NCBI GenBank assembly: GCA_036769805.1
Contig: DAIPKK010000001.1
Span: 1-55,715, forward strand
Reading direction: 5' to 3'
Length of the DNA: 55,715 bases
Origin: Patescibacteria group bacterium
GTDB taxonomy: Bacteria > Patescibacteriota > Patescibacteriia > DYGC01
This document shows positions 8,288-16,297 of this stretch, one piece after another. The notes under the pieces are model-generated. The model was not told the DNA's origin and did not search any database. It saw only the letters and a list, made by a program, of their open reading frames with translations. Position 1 is the first letter of the stretch, and each line of letters starts with the position of its first letter. The translations under genes and the position numbers were made by a program.

Positions 8288-8695
8288 ATGGACTTTAAAA
8301 AGGCGTATTTATTTAAGGTGATTCCAGCTTTCAATGACAATCCGGCAGTGAAAATTTGTTTGGAGCAGTATGAAAAAGCTGAAGAAATTTCCGAAGAGCA
8401 GGTTCATTTTTCCAAAGAATCTTGGCGGATATTTCGAGCAAGTTGGCAAATCAAATGGTTTTTGGAAGGTGAGGATTGGCCGGAAAAAAACAAATATTTG
8501 CCTCAGTTAGAAGCCGCATTTAAGATGTGGCTTGAAAAGCAGAAGGATTTTCAGCCGGAATCGGAAGAAAGTCTGCGTTGTGCTTTTTACCGCTGGAAGA
8601 TCAGTGATGTTCTGGTGGAAGAATTGGGGCATAAGGTACTTGATGCATGCATCCAAGAATTTGCGAATGCAATCTCGTCTGCTAAGTGCAAATGA
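8288..8695 (+). CDS. hypothetical protein (135 aa) with own promoter and strong SD
   Basis: ATG at 8288 lies 7 nt after GGGAGGG. Upstream promoter TTGACA (8235-8240)-17 nt-TTAATT. The ORF-track start at 8201 overlaps the preceding gene and is unlikely. Confidence 0.5.
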   Translation: MDFKKAYLFKVIPAFNDNPAVKICLEQYEKAEEISEEQVHFSKESWRIFRASWQIKWFLEGEDWPEKNKYLPQLEAAFKMWLEKQKDFQPESEESLRCAFYRWKISDVLVEELGHKVLDACIQEFANAISSAKCK

Positions 8696-8705
8696 GGGTT
8701 TTCAG

Positions 8706-8732
8706 GAATCGATTTTATCGGTTCTTTTTTTG
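8706..8732 (+). terminator. intrinsic terminator
   Basis: GAATCGA/TCGGTTC stem followed by a T8 run. Confidence 0.6.
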
Positions 8733-8738
8733 TTTTTC

Positions 8739-8767
8739 TTGACTTGCCTTTGATAATAAGCTATTAT
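8739..8767 (+). promoter_or_regulatory. sigma70-type promoter for the tRNA-Thr/tRNA-Tyr pair
   Basis: TTGACT, 17-nt spacer, TATTAT, about 35 nt upstream of tRNA-Thr. Confidence 0.6.
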
Positions 8768-8801
8768 TTTTATGTTCTAGAACCTTGAGGTTCGTCAACG
8801 C

Positions 8802-8874
8802 GCCAACATAGCTCAGTTGGTAGAGCAATGGTTTTGTAAACCATAGGTCGTGGGTTCGAATCCCTCTGTTGGCT
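8802..8874 (+). tRNA. tRNA-Thr (anticodon TGT)
   Basis: Acceptor stem GCCAACA/TGTTGGC, anticodon loop TTTGTAA, T-arm GGTTCGAATCC. Confidence 0.9.
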
Positions 8875-8891
8875 CTAGTTTCTTTAAAAAT

Positions 8892-8973
8892 GGGTCGGTT
8901 CCCGAGTGGTCAAAGGGGGCAGACTGTAAATCTGCTGGCTCCGCCTTCGGTGGTTCGAATCCGCCCCGGCCCA
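8892..8973 (+). tRNA. tRNA-Tyr (anticodon GTA), long variable arm
   Basis: Acceptor stem GGGTCGG/CCGGCCC, anticodon loop CTGTAAA, long extra arm, T-arm GGTTCGAATCC. Confidence 0.9.
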
Positions 8974-8983
8974 CAAGTATGAA

Positions 8984-9007
8984 AGACTCGCTAAAGCGGG
9001 TCTTTTT
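8984..9007 (+). terminator. intrinsic terminator after the tRNA pair
   Basis: AGACTCGC-TAAA-GCGGGTCT hairpin followed by a T run. Confidence 0.7.
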
Positions 9008-9245
9008 GATTATATGTGATTGGTTTGGTGTAAGGGCGGATGAGAAGTTTATCCCCGGTCTTGAACTTTGATTCGTCTGATGTCAGCGTTGTTGAAATTT
9101 TGTTGAAAGCTACCAGCTTTAAGTGGTTCTTTTGTCCTGTCTGATGGGCTATGATGTTATTTTTTGTTTTTGTGTGTTTTATAATGTGAAGTGATGTAGT
9201 TTGTTTCAAATAATTGGTTTTTTGTCGCCCCTTGTTTTTTGTCTT

Positions 9246-9350
9246 GTCATCCTGAACTTGTTTCAGGATCTTTAATGTGTGACAGTAAGTTGATTATGAT
9301 AATGGTGATTATTTTTTGTATTAAAGATTCCGAACCAAGTTCGGAATGAC
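9246..9350. repeat. GTCAT-hairpin repeat, inverted pair (type A, copy 1)
   Basis: GTCATCCTGAACTTGTTTCAGGATCTTTAAT ... ATTAAAGATTCCGAACCAAGTTCGGAATGAC. Each arm is its own 8-bp hairpin. Confidence 0.75.
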
Positions 9351-9473
9351 AATAACGACGTTTATTTAGATGAATCAGTGGTTCAAAAGCGTGAATTATC
9401 ACCGAAGCGGCGAGTTGGACTATGATTTTATTTGATGTTAATATAAAAAGACCTTAGTCATCAGGAAAATTTT

Positions 9474-9950
9474 ATGGAAATAAAAGTACAAAAATTAACG
9501 CCGGATTTGCAGGATTTGGCCTATGCCAAGCCCGGTGATGCCGGTTTTGATTTGCGCGCTTCCGGCGTTTGGGGAGAAATCAAAAATGGAGAAATCATTG
9601 ATATGCAAGCGGAGGAATATGTTTTGCCGACCGGCTCCCGCGTTCTGGTGAAATGTGGCATTAAACTCGCCATCCCCGATGGTTACTGGGGAAATATCCG
9701 CGATCGAAGCGGTTTAGCCGTGAAATTCGGGATTCATACCTTGGGGGGCGTGGTTGATTCTTCTTATCGTGGCGAAGTGGGCGTGATTGTAATAAATTTG
9801 GGAAATGAAGCGTTTGTCATCAAAAAAAATGAGCGTATCGCCCAGATGATTATCAGTCCTTGTGTTCAAGGAAATTTGTTGGCGGTGGATGAATTGGGAG
9901 AGGAGACGGTGCGTGGGGGCGGGGGCTTTGGTTCCAGTGGAAGAATTTAA
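9474..9950 (+). CDS. dut: dUTP diphosphatase
   Basis: Motifs GDAGFDLRA, RSGLAVKFGI, GVVDSSYRGEV, ERIAQMII, GGFGSSG. Confidence 0.9.
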   Translation: MEIKVQKLTPDLQDLAYAKPGDAGFDLRASGVWGEIKNGEIIDMQAEEYVLPTGSRVLVKCGIKLAIPDGYWGNIRDRSGLAVKFGIHTLGGVVDSSYRGEVGVIVINLGNEAFVIKKNERIAQMIISPCVQGNLLAVDELGEETVRGGGGFGSSGRI

Positions 9951-9970
9951 TTTATTGTTAGTGTTTATTT

Positions 9971-10834
9971 ATGCCGGAATTACCTGAAGTGGAGAGCGTG
10001 CGCCAAGATTTATTGGCTTGCGTGCGCCATCAAACAATTAAAGATATTGAGTTTACTTGGCCCAATTTGGTGAAAAAAATGTCAGCCGAGGATTTTTCAG
10101 CGCGTTTGAAAAATCAAAAAATTAAGGATATTCAACGGATTGGCAAACTTTTGATTTTGGAAATCAATCATGATGTGTATTGGTTGATTCACTTGAAAAT
10201 GACCGGGCAACTGATTTTTAAAGATAAAAAATGCGTGATTGGCGGCGGGCATACGCAGGAAGAGCGTGATTTGCAAGTCCCGCACCGCCACACCCGCGCT
10301 ACTGTTACTTTTAGCCACGGCGGTGCTTTGTATTTCAATGATTTACGGAAATTCGGTTATTTCACGCTGGTGAACCGGGCGGAATTGGAAGAAATCTTTA
10401 AAAATTACGGTTTGGAGCCCGGCACCCCGACTTGGCAGTGGGCGGATTTTGAAAAATTGATTAGAAAACATCAATCCGCTAAATTAAAAGCGTTTTTGTT
10501 AAATCAAAAATATATTTCCGGTTTGGGCAATATTTACGCCGATGAAGCTTGTTTTTGTGCCGCTTTGCGTCCGCAACGGGTCTTGAAAACTTTGCGTCCG
10601 GCTGATCGTAAACGCTTATTTGACTGTATTTATAAGGTTATTGTGGAGGCGGTGGGCGCGCGTGGCACGACTTTTCGTGATTATCGCGATGGGCGTGGCC
10701 GGCCGGGTAATTATGCGCAAAGATTAAAGGTTTTTCAGCGACAAGGAGAGCCGTGTGGGCGGTGCGGTGAAATAATCGTTAAAAAGAAGTTCGTGGGGCG
10801 GGGGACGCATTTTTGTCCAAATTGCCAGAAATAG
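9971..10834 (+). CDS. mutM: formamidopyrimidine-DNA glycosylase
   Basis: N-terminal MPELPEVE catalytic motif, H2TH region, C-terminal zinc finger CGRCG...HFCPNCQ. Confidence 0.9.
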   Translation: MPELPEVESVRQDLLACVRHQTIKDIEFTWPNLVKKMSAEDFSARLKNQKIKDIQRIGKLLILEINHDVYWLIHLKMTGQLIFKDKKCVIGGGHTQEERDLQVPHRHTRATVTFSHGGALYFNDLRKFGYFTLVNRAELEEIFKNYGLEPGTPTWQWADFEKLIRKHQSAKLKAFLLNQKYISGLGNIYADEACFCAALRPQRVLKTLRPADRKRLFDCIYKVIVEAVGARGTTFRDYRDGRGRPGNYAQRLKVFQRQGEPCGRCGEIIVKKKFVGRGTHFCPNCQK

Positions 10835-10890
10835 CTGTTATTTTTAATTTTTTGTGATAAAATGTAAGGAGTTATGATTCTGTTTGGGGA

Positions 10891-10945
10891 GTCATTCCAG
10901 AATTTTGGTTTTGCCAAAATGTCTGGAATCCCGTGGGCGAAGCTA
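10891..10945 (+). repeat. GTCAT-hairpin repeat with conserved tail (type B, copy 1)
   Basis: GGAGTCATTCCAGA-[palindromic loop]-TCTGGAATCCCGTGGGCGAAGCTA. Same architecture and 17-nt tail as 53720-53780. Confidence 0.7.
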
Positions 10946-10975
10946 TTTTTGCTATTATTAATAATAAAAAACGTT

Positions 10976-11362
10976 ATGACACAATCAAAACAGATTTACA
11001 AATGTGAAATTTGCGGAAACATGGTGGAAGTGATTCACATCGGAGTTGGCACTTTAGTTTGTTGCAATCAAGACATGACTTTAATTCCGGAAAATTCCAC
11101 AGTTGGCGAAGCCAAGAAACATATTCCGATGATCACCGAAGAGTCCACCGGCGGTAGCCGCGTGACCATCGGGGAAATTTTTCATCCGATGACGGAAGAG
11201 CATCACATTGAATGGATTGAGGTGACCACTTTGAACGGTGTTTTCAAACATAAACCGGAAATTGGCACAGAACCGAGCTTGAAATTGCCGGTGCCGGTCA
11301 GTGAGATTAAAGAAGTGCGTGCTTATTGTAATATTCATGGTTTGTACGTGAAGCAGTTATAA
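10976..11362 (+). CDS. dfx: desulfoferrodoxin (2Fe superoxide reductase)
   Basis: N-terminal desulforedoxin CxxC...CC motif (YKCEICGNMVEV...LVCCNQ) and SOR centre EEHHIEWIE ... CNIHGL. ATG at 10976 chosen because upstream codons overlap a repeat. Confidence 0.85.
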   Translation: MTQSKQIYKCEICGNMVEVIHIGVGTLVCCNQDMTLIPENSTVGEAKKHIPMITEESTGGSRVTIGEIFHPMTEEHHIEWIEVTTLNGVFKHKPEIGTEPSLKLPVPVSEIKEVRAYCNIHGLYVKQL

Positions 11363-11377
11363 ATTTAAAGTTAAAAT

Positions 11378-12370
11378 ATGAAAGAAATTATTTTTTCGGG
11401 AACTAAGCCGAGTGGCGATTTACATTTGGGAAATTATTTGGGTGCGATTAGAAATTGGGTTCAGTTACAAAATGAAAATAGCGGAACAAATTATTTTTCC
11501 GTGGTGGATTTGCATGCTATCACTGTTCCGCAAGAACCGATTGAGCTTCGTCGTCGCAGTTTGGAAATCGCCAAATTATTTTTAAGTTTGGGGATTGATC
11601 CTAAAAAATCGGTGGTTTTTTTGCAGTCTGATGTGCGAGAACATGTTGAATTGTCTTGGATTTTAACCTGCATTGCCGGTATGGGCGAATTGGGAAAAAT
11701 GACTCAATTCAAAGAAAAAACCGAAAAACAAGAACATATTGGCGCCGGTTTATTTATGTATCCGGTTTTAATGGCAGCTGATATTTTATTGTATGATACG
11801 ACAAAGGTCCCGGTTGGTGATGACCAAGTGCAACATGTGGAATTAGCCCGAAACTTGGCGGAGCGTTTTAACCATCGTTTTGGCGAAGGATCTTTGGTGG
11901 TGCCGCAATATTCCATCAATAAAATCGGCAGTCGCGTGATGGGCTTGCAAAACCCGGAAAAGAAAATGAGCAAGAGTGATGGCGGTGAAAAGAATTTGAT
12001 TTATATTTTAAAAGACAGTCCGGAAAGTGCTTTTAAGAAAATCAAATCAGCGGTGACTGATAATTTTGCCAAGGTGCGTTATGATTGGGAAAATCAACCC
12101 GGTGTCAGTAACCTCTTGGAAATTTATAGCATTTTGGAAAATATGCCGATTGAAAAAACCGAACAACAATTTGATTCAGCCAGCTATGGTGATTTCAAAC
12201 AAGCGGTTGGTGAGAGCGTTGCCAAGTTTTTGACCGGCGTGCAAGAACGTTATAATCAGTTATCCAATGAATATATGTTGGAAGTTTTGGCACAAGGTGC
12301 GGAAAAAGCACGCGATGTGGCGCGCGCTAAAATGGAAAAAATTTATAGTTTAATTGGAATTATTAAATAA
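11378..12370 (+). CDS. trpS: tryptophan--tRNA ligase
   Basis: HIGH-type motif GDLHLGNYLG and KMSKS motif. About 330 aa, typical of TrpRS. Confidence 0.9.
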   Translation: MKEIIFSGTKPSGDLHLGNYLGAIRNWVQLQNENSGTNYFSVVDLHAITVPQEPIELRRRSLEIAKLFLSLGIDPKKSVVFLQSDVREHVELSWILTCIAGMGELGKMTQFKEKTEKQEHIGAGLFMYPVLMAADILLYDTTKVPVGDDQVQHVELARNLAERFNHRFGEGSLVVPQYSINKIGSRVMGLQNPEKKMSKSDGGEKNLIYILKDSPESAFKKIKSAVTDNFAKVRYDWENQPGVSNLLEIYSILENMPIEKTEQQFDSASYGDFKQAVGESVAKFLTGVQERYNQLSNEYMLEVLAQGAEKARDVARAKMEKIYSLIGIIK

Positions 12371-12382
12371 TCAGTGATATTT

Positions 12383-12925
12383 ATGTTTAAGAAATTTTTA
12401 TTATTGGCGGCGTTTGCAATGACGTTCGTGGCGTTGCCGGCGTTCGCGGCCGAAGAAGAAAAAACCATTGAAGTGTGGTTTTTTAACAGTTTGGGTTGTG
12501 CGCATTGCGCTCAAGCACGTCCGGTTTTGGAACAAATGGCGCAAGATAACTCCATCATAAAGTTGATTGATTTGGAATTAAACGGTTCCACTGATAATCA
12601 GATTTTATTTGGTGAGATGGCCGCCACTTACGGACAAAGCGCCGACGGTGTGCCGAGCGTGGCGATTGGTGATCAATGGATTGTCGGTTATGATCCGGCG
12701 GCCTATCGTAGTGCCGTGCAAAATTGTATTGATAATGGTTGCGAGCAGCCTTCCGCTAAGTTAAAAAAATGGCAATCCGAACATCCGGAAGCGATTAAAG
12801 TGACTGATTGGGAAAATTTAATCAGTGCGGAGAGTAGTGTTACCGGCGAATTGATTTTCGGTTTGGCCTTCATTTTTGGCATCGGTGTAATCAGTTTGTT
12901 GGTTTGGAAATTCACTAAAAATTAA
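12383..12925 (+). CDS. secreted/membrane-anchored thioredoxin-fold protein (CxxC)
   Basis: Signal peptide ending PAFAAEE, CAHC redox motif, C-terminal TM helix. Confidence 0.6.
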   Translation: MFKKFLLLAAFAMTFVALPAFAAEEEKTIEVWFFNSLGCAHCAQARPVLEQMAQDNSIIKLIDLELNGSTDNQILFGEMAATYGQSADGVPSVAIGDQWIVGYDPAAYRSAVQNCIDNGCEQPSAKLKKWQSEHPEAIKVTDWENLISAESSVTGELIFGLAFIFGIGVISLLVWKFTKN

Positions 12926-12942
12926 TTTAACGATAATTATCA

Positions 12943-14472
12943 ATGAAATTTAAACCATTTCCGCTGCAACATTTGCAGCAAAGTTCCCGTTTGTTTCGTT
13001 TCTTGGAAATGATTCCGGGAATTTTATTGTGGGTAACTTTTTTTGGAACTTTGATTTTGTCTTTCATAAAACCGATTTGGGTTATTTATTTTATTATCGT
13101 TTACGCGATATTTTTTATTATTCGTATTTATTATTTTTTGTATAATTTTATCGCGTCATGGTTCCGTTTTAGAGTGGCCATCAAGAAAGATTGGTTTAAA
13201 TTGTTGAAGGAAAAATATCCGCAGTGGAAAGAGTATTACCAGATTATTTATTTACCGATGTATACGGAAACTTATGATGTTTTGAAAAGTACTTTTGAGC
13301 ATTTGAAAAATTGCAATTACGATCAGAAAAAAATGTTGATTGTTTTGGGTGGTGAAGGCCGTGCCGGTGAAAATTTTCGGCAGGTGGCGGCGCAAGTGAA
13401 AGAAAATTTTGAAGGTGATTTTTATCATATTTTGTTTACCGAGCATCCCGATGGTTTAGTCGGGGAAATTAAAGGTAAAGGATCCAATGCCAACTGGATG
13501 GGCAAGCGTTCCAAAGAATTAATTGATGAATTGGGTTTGGATTATGACAAGTTGATTGTTTCGTATTTTGATTGTGATACTTCGGTTCATCCTCAATATT
13601 TCGCGCATTTGACTTATACTTATTTGAGTCACCCCAATCCGACGCGCAGCTCCTATCAGCCGGTGGTTTTATATAACAATAACATGTGGGATTCTCCCGG
13701 CCCGATGCGCGTGGCGGCGTTTTCCACGACCATGTGGTTGTTGGGGGAATTGATGCGTCCGGAAAGATTATATACTTTTTCCTCCCATAGCATGAGTTTT
13801 CGCGCTTTGGTGGACGTGGAATTTTGGGCGCCCGATATTGTGACTGACGACACCCGAATTTTTTTGCATTGTTTTATGCATTATAACGGTGAATACGGCG
13901 TGACGCCGCTGTATATTCCGGTTTCCATGGATACGGTTTTGGGGGAAAATTGGGGACAATCTTTTAAAAATTTATACAAACAACAACGTCGTTGGGCCTG
14001 GGGCGTGGAACATTTTCCGTATATGGTTTGGGAATTTTGGCATCGTCCGAAAATCGCTTTGAGCAGAAAAATTCATTATCTTTTCAATTTGATGGAAGGA
14101 ATGTATTTGTGGGCGACCGGTCCGATTTTGATGTTCATTTTGGGTTATCTCCCGTTATACATTCAAAATACTTGGTACAAAAATGATTTGATGACTTCTT
14201 CCGCCTTCGTTCAAAATGCCCCGTTCGCCTTGGAAAATATTATGTTGGTTGGCATGGTGGGTATTCTGTTGTCGGCGTTTGTCTTTTTGGTTTTATTGCC
14301 GAAACGTCCGGAGCGTTATTCACCTTGGAAATATTTATTTATGCTTTTGCAGTGGGTGTTGTTGCCGTTCGTAATGATTTTCTTCGGATCAATTCCGGCC
14401 GCCGAATCGCAGACGCGTTTGATGTTCGGTAAATATTTGGGGTTTTGGGTGACGCCGAAAGTGCGAAAATAA
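12943..14472 (+). CDS. integral-membrane family-2 glycosyltransferase (processive, cellulose/chitin-synthase-like)
   Basis: N- and C-terminal TM helices flank a GT2 core with DCDT, TDDTR and QQRRW (QxxRW) motifs. Confidence 0.7.
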   Translation: MKFKPFPLQHLQQSSRLFRFLEMIPGILLWVTFFGTLILSFIKPIWVIYFIIVYAIFFIIRIYYFLYNFIASWFRFRVAIKKDWFKLLKEKYPQWKEYYQIIYLPMYTETYDVLKSTFEHLKNCNYDQKKMLIVLGGEGRAGENFRQVAAQVKENFEGDFYHILFTEHPDGLVGEIKGKGSNANWMGKRSKELIDELGLDYDKLIVSYFDCDTSVHPQYFAHLTYTYLSHPNPTRSSYQPVVLYNNNMWDSPGPMRVAAFSTTMWLLGELMRPERLYTFSSHSMSFRALVDVEFWAPDIVTDDTRIFLHCFMHYNGEYGVTPLYIPVSMDTVLGENWGQSFKNLYKQQRRWAWGVEHFPYMVWEFWHRPKIALSRKIHYLFNLMEGMYLWATGPILMFILGYLPLYIQNTWYKNDLMTSSAFVQNAPFALENIMLVGMVGILLSAFVFLVLLPKRPERYSPWKYLFMLLQWVLLPFVMIFFGSIPAAESQTRLMFGKYLGFWVTPKVRK

Positions 14473-14488
14473 TAATCAGTATTAATTT

Positions 14489-15487
14489 ATGGCAAAAGTT
14501 TCCGTGTGTTTGGTGACATGGAATGGCGCCAAATTCATAAAAGAGTGCTTGGATAGTTTGCAAAAACAAACTTATCGTGATTTTGAAATTCAAATTTTGG
14601 ATAATGCTTCTTTGGATGAGACCAAAGAAATTTTACGACGTGATTATCCGCAAATTAATGTGGAATATCAAAACAATAATTTGGGATTTACGCGTGCCGT
14701 CAATAAATTGTTGTTGCGCGCGCGCGGCGAATACGCGTTGGTGGTTAATCAAGATACGGTTTTGGATGAATATTGTTTGGAAGAATTGGTAAAAAGCATG
14801 GATGCCAATCCTAAAGCTGGCGCAGTAGGACCGTTGTTGTATCGTTTGATTGATTTTGAGAAGTCGGCAATGGTTGATAGTTTTGGTTTGGTGATCAAAA
14901 AAAATTATCAAGTTTATGATGATTTGGCCGGTCAATCTTTGGCTGAGAATATTTTACGCGGTGATGATTTGCAGCTTGTCTTACGAGAACGGGGAATTGA
15001 AGTGGATAAGCATGGCAATCGGGAAGTGTTCGGCGTGTCCGGTGCTTTGGTGATGTATAGAAAAAGCGCCTTGGAAAGCGTGCGTTATGAAAATGAATAT
15101 TTTGATAATGATTTTTTCGCTTATCAGGAAGATTTTGATTTGGCTTTACGTTTGCGTTTGGCGGGGTGGGCGGCTTTTGTCGCCACGCGCGCGACCGCTT
15201 GGCATTTTCGAACGCTTAAACCGGAGCAATCCGGATCGTCATTTCATAAAATGTATAATTTCCGGAATTATTTTTTGTTTACCGATAAAACAGCCAATTG
15301 GGGGAAATATTGCTTGCCAATCACCTTTCATCGTTGGGCTAGCTGTTTAAAATGTTTTTTTACTGCGCCGAAAATTTGGTGGCGCGCCACCCGCGAACGT
15401 GCCAGGTTGAAGAAGCGCATCTTGCAAAAACGACAAGTTATATTAAAGTATATTAAGAACAGTGATTTATCAATGTGGATGAAATAA
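14489..15487 (+). CDS. family-2 glycosyltransferase
   Basis: GT2 N-terminus VSVCLVTWNG...LDSLQKQTY, ILDNASLDET, and a DxD-like QED region. Confidence 0.75.
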   Translation: MAKVSVCLVTWNGAKFIKECLDSLQKQTYRDFEIQILDNASLDETKEILRRDYPQINVEYQNNNLGFTRAVNKLLLRARGEYALVVNQDTVLDEYCLEELVKSMDANPKAGAVGPLLYRLIDFEKSAMVDSFGLVIKKNYQVYDDLAGQSLAENILRGDDLQLVLRERGIEVDKHGNREVFGVSGALVMYRKSALESVRYENEYFDNDFFAYQEDFDLALRLRLAGWAAFVATRATAWHFRTLKPEQSGSSFHKMYNFRNYFLFTDKTANWGKYCLPITFHRWASCLKCFFTAPKIWWRATRERARLKKRILQKRQVILKYIKNSDLSMWMK

Positions 15488-15488
15488 T

Positions 15489-16277
15489 ATGGGTTTGTCA
15501 TTTTTGATTCTCAATTACAAGACCAAGGGTTTAACCAGAAATTTGGTGAAAAACATCGGTGAGTTGAAATTACCGTATCAATACGAAATTATCGTCGGTG
15601 ATAATTCCAATGATGGCACCGGTGAAATGTTGGCGGAATTGTACGGCGATTTGCCAAACTTAAAGTTTTTTTCATTTCCCAATCGTGGGTACGGGGCGGG
15701 TAATAATCAATTGGCCAAGCATGCCACCGGTAAATATTTGGTGATTTTAAATCCGGACATTCATGTTTTGCCCGGCACGATTGAAAAATTGTATCAGTAT
15801 TTGGAAGACCATTCGGAAGCGGCTTTAATCAGTCCGCAGTTGGTTTATGGTAATGGGAAAGCGCAGCAGTCGTGTTTCAGATATTATCAAAGAATGACTC
15901 CGGCTTATCGTCGTACTTTCTTGGGAAAGACCGCTGCCGGACAAAAAGATTTGGAGCGGTTTTTAATGAAAGATGTGGATTTAACGCAGCCACAAAATGT
16001 GGATTGGTTGATGGGTTCATTTTGGATGGTGCGGCGCGCGGTTTTTGAAGAGTTGAACGGTTTTGATGAAGAATATTTTATGTATTTTGAAGACACAGAT
16101 TTTTGTCGTCGCGTTCACCGAAAAAATCAGCAAGTTATTTATTATCCTTTGGCGCAGGCGGTGCATTTACACGCCAAAGAATCGGATCGTGGGTCGTTGT
16201 GGAAAAACTTGACCAATCGTTTAACTTGGATTCACATTAAGAGCGCCCGTCGATTTTTCAAAAAATTTAAAGATTAG
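15489..16277 (+). CDS. family-2 glycosyltransferase
   Basis: LILNYKT...VGDNSNDGT and MYFEDTDFCRR motifs typical of GT2 rhamnosyltransferase-like enzymes. Confidence 0.75.
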   Translation: MGLSFLILNYKTKGLTRNLVKNIGELKLPYQYEIIVGDNSNDGTGEMLAELYGDLPNLKFFSFPNRGYGAGNNQLAKHATGKYLVILNPDIHVLPGTIEKLYQYLEDHSEAALISPQLVYGNGKAQQSCFRYYQRMTPAYRRTFLGKTAAGQKDLERFLMKDVDLTQPQNVDWLMGSFWMVRRAVFEELNGFDEEYFMYFEDTDFCRRVHRKNQQVIYYPLAQAVHLHAKESDRGSLWKNLTNRLTWIHIKSARRFFKKFKD

Positions 16278-16297
16278 CGAGTGATTTAAACTCCAAT

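Noticed and set aside
8850-9209. ORFs 8850..9071 (+) and 8991..9209 (-)
   Set aside because: They overlap the tRNA-Thr/tRNA-Tyr genes, the terminator and the repeat-bearing spacer. There is no coding signal.
10874-10975. N-terminal 34-codon extension of the desulfoferrodoxin ORF
   Set aside because: The extension is translated straight through the type B GTCAT repeat. The canonical Dfx N-terminus begins at the ATG at 10976.
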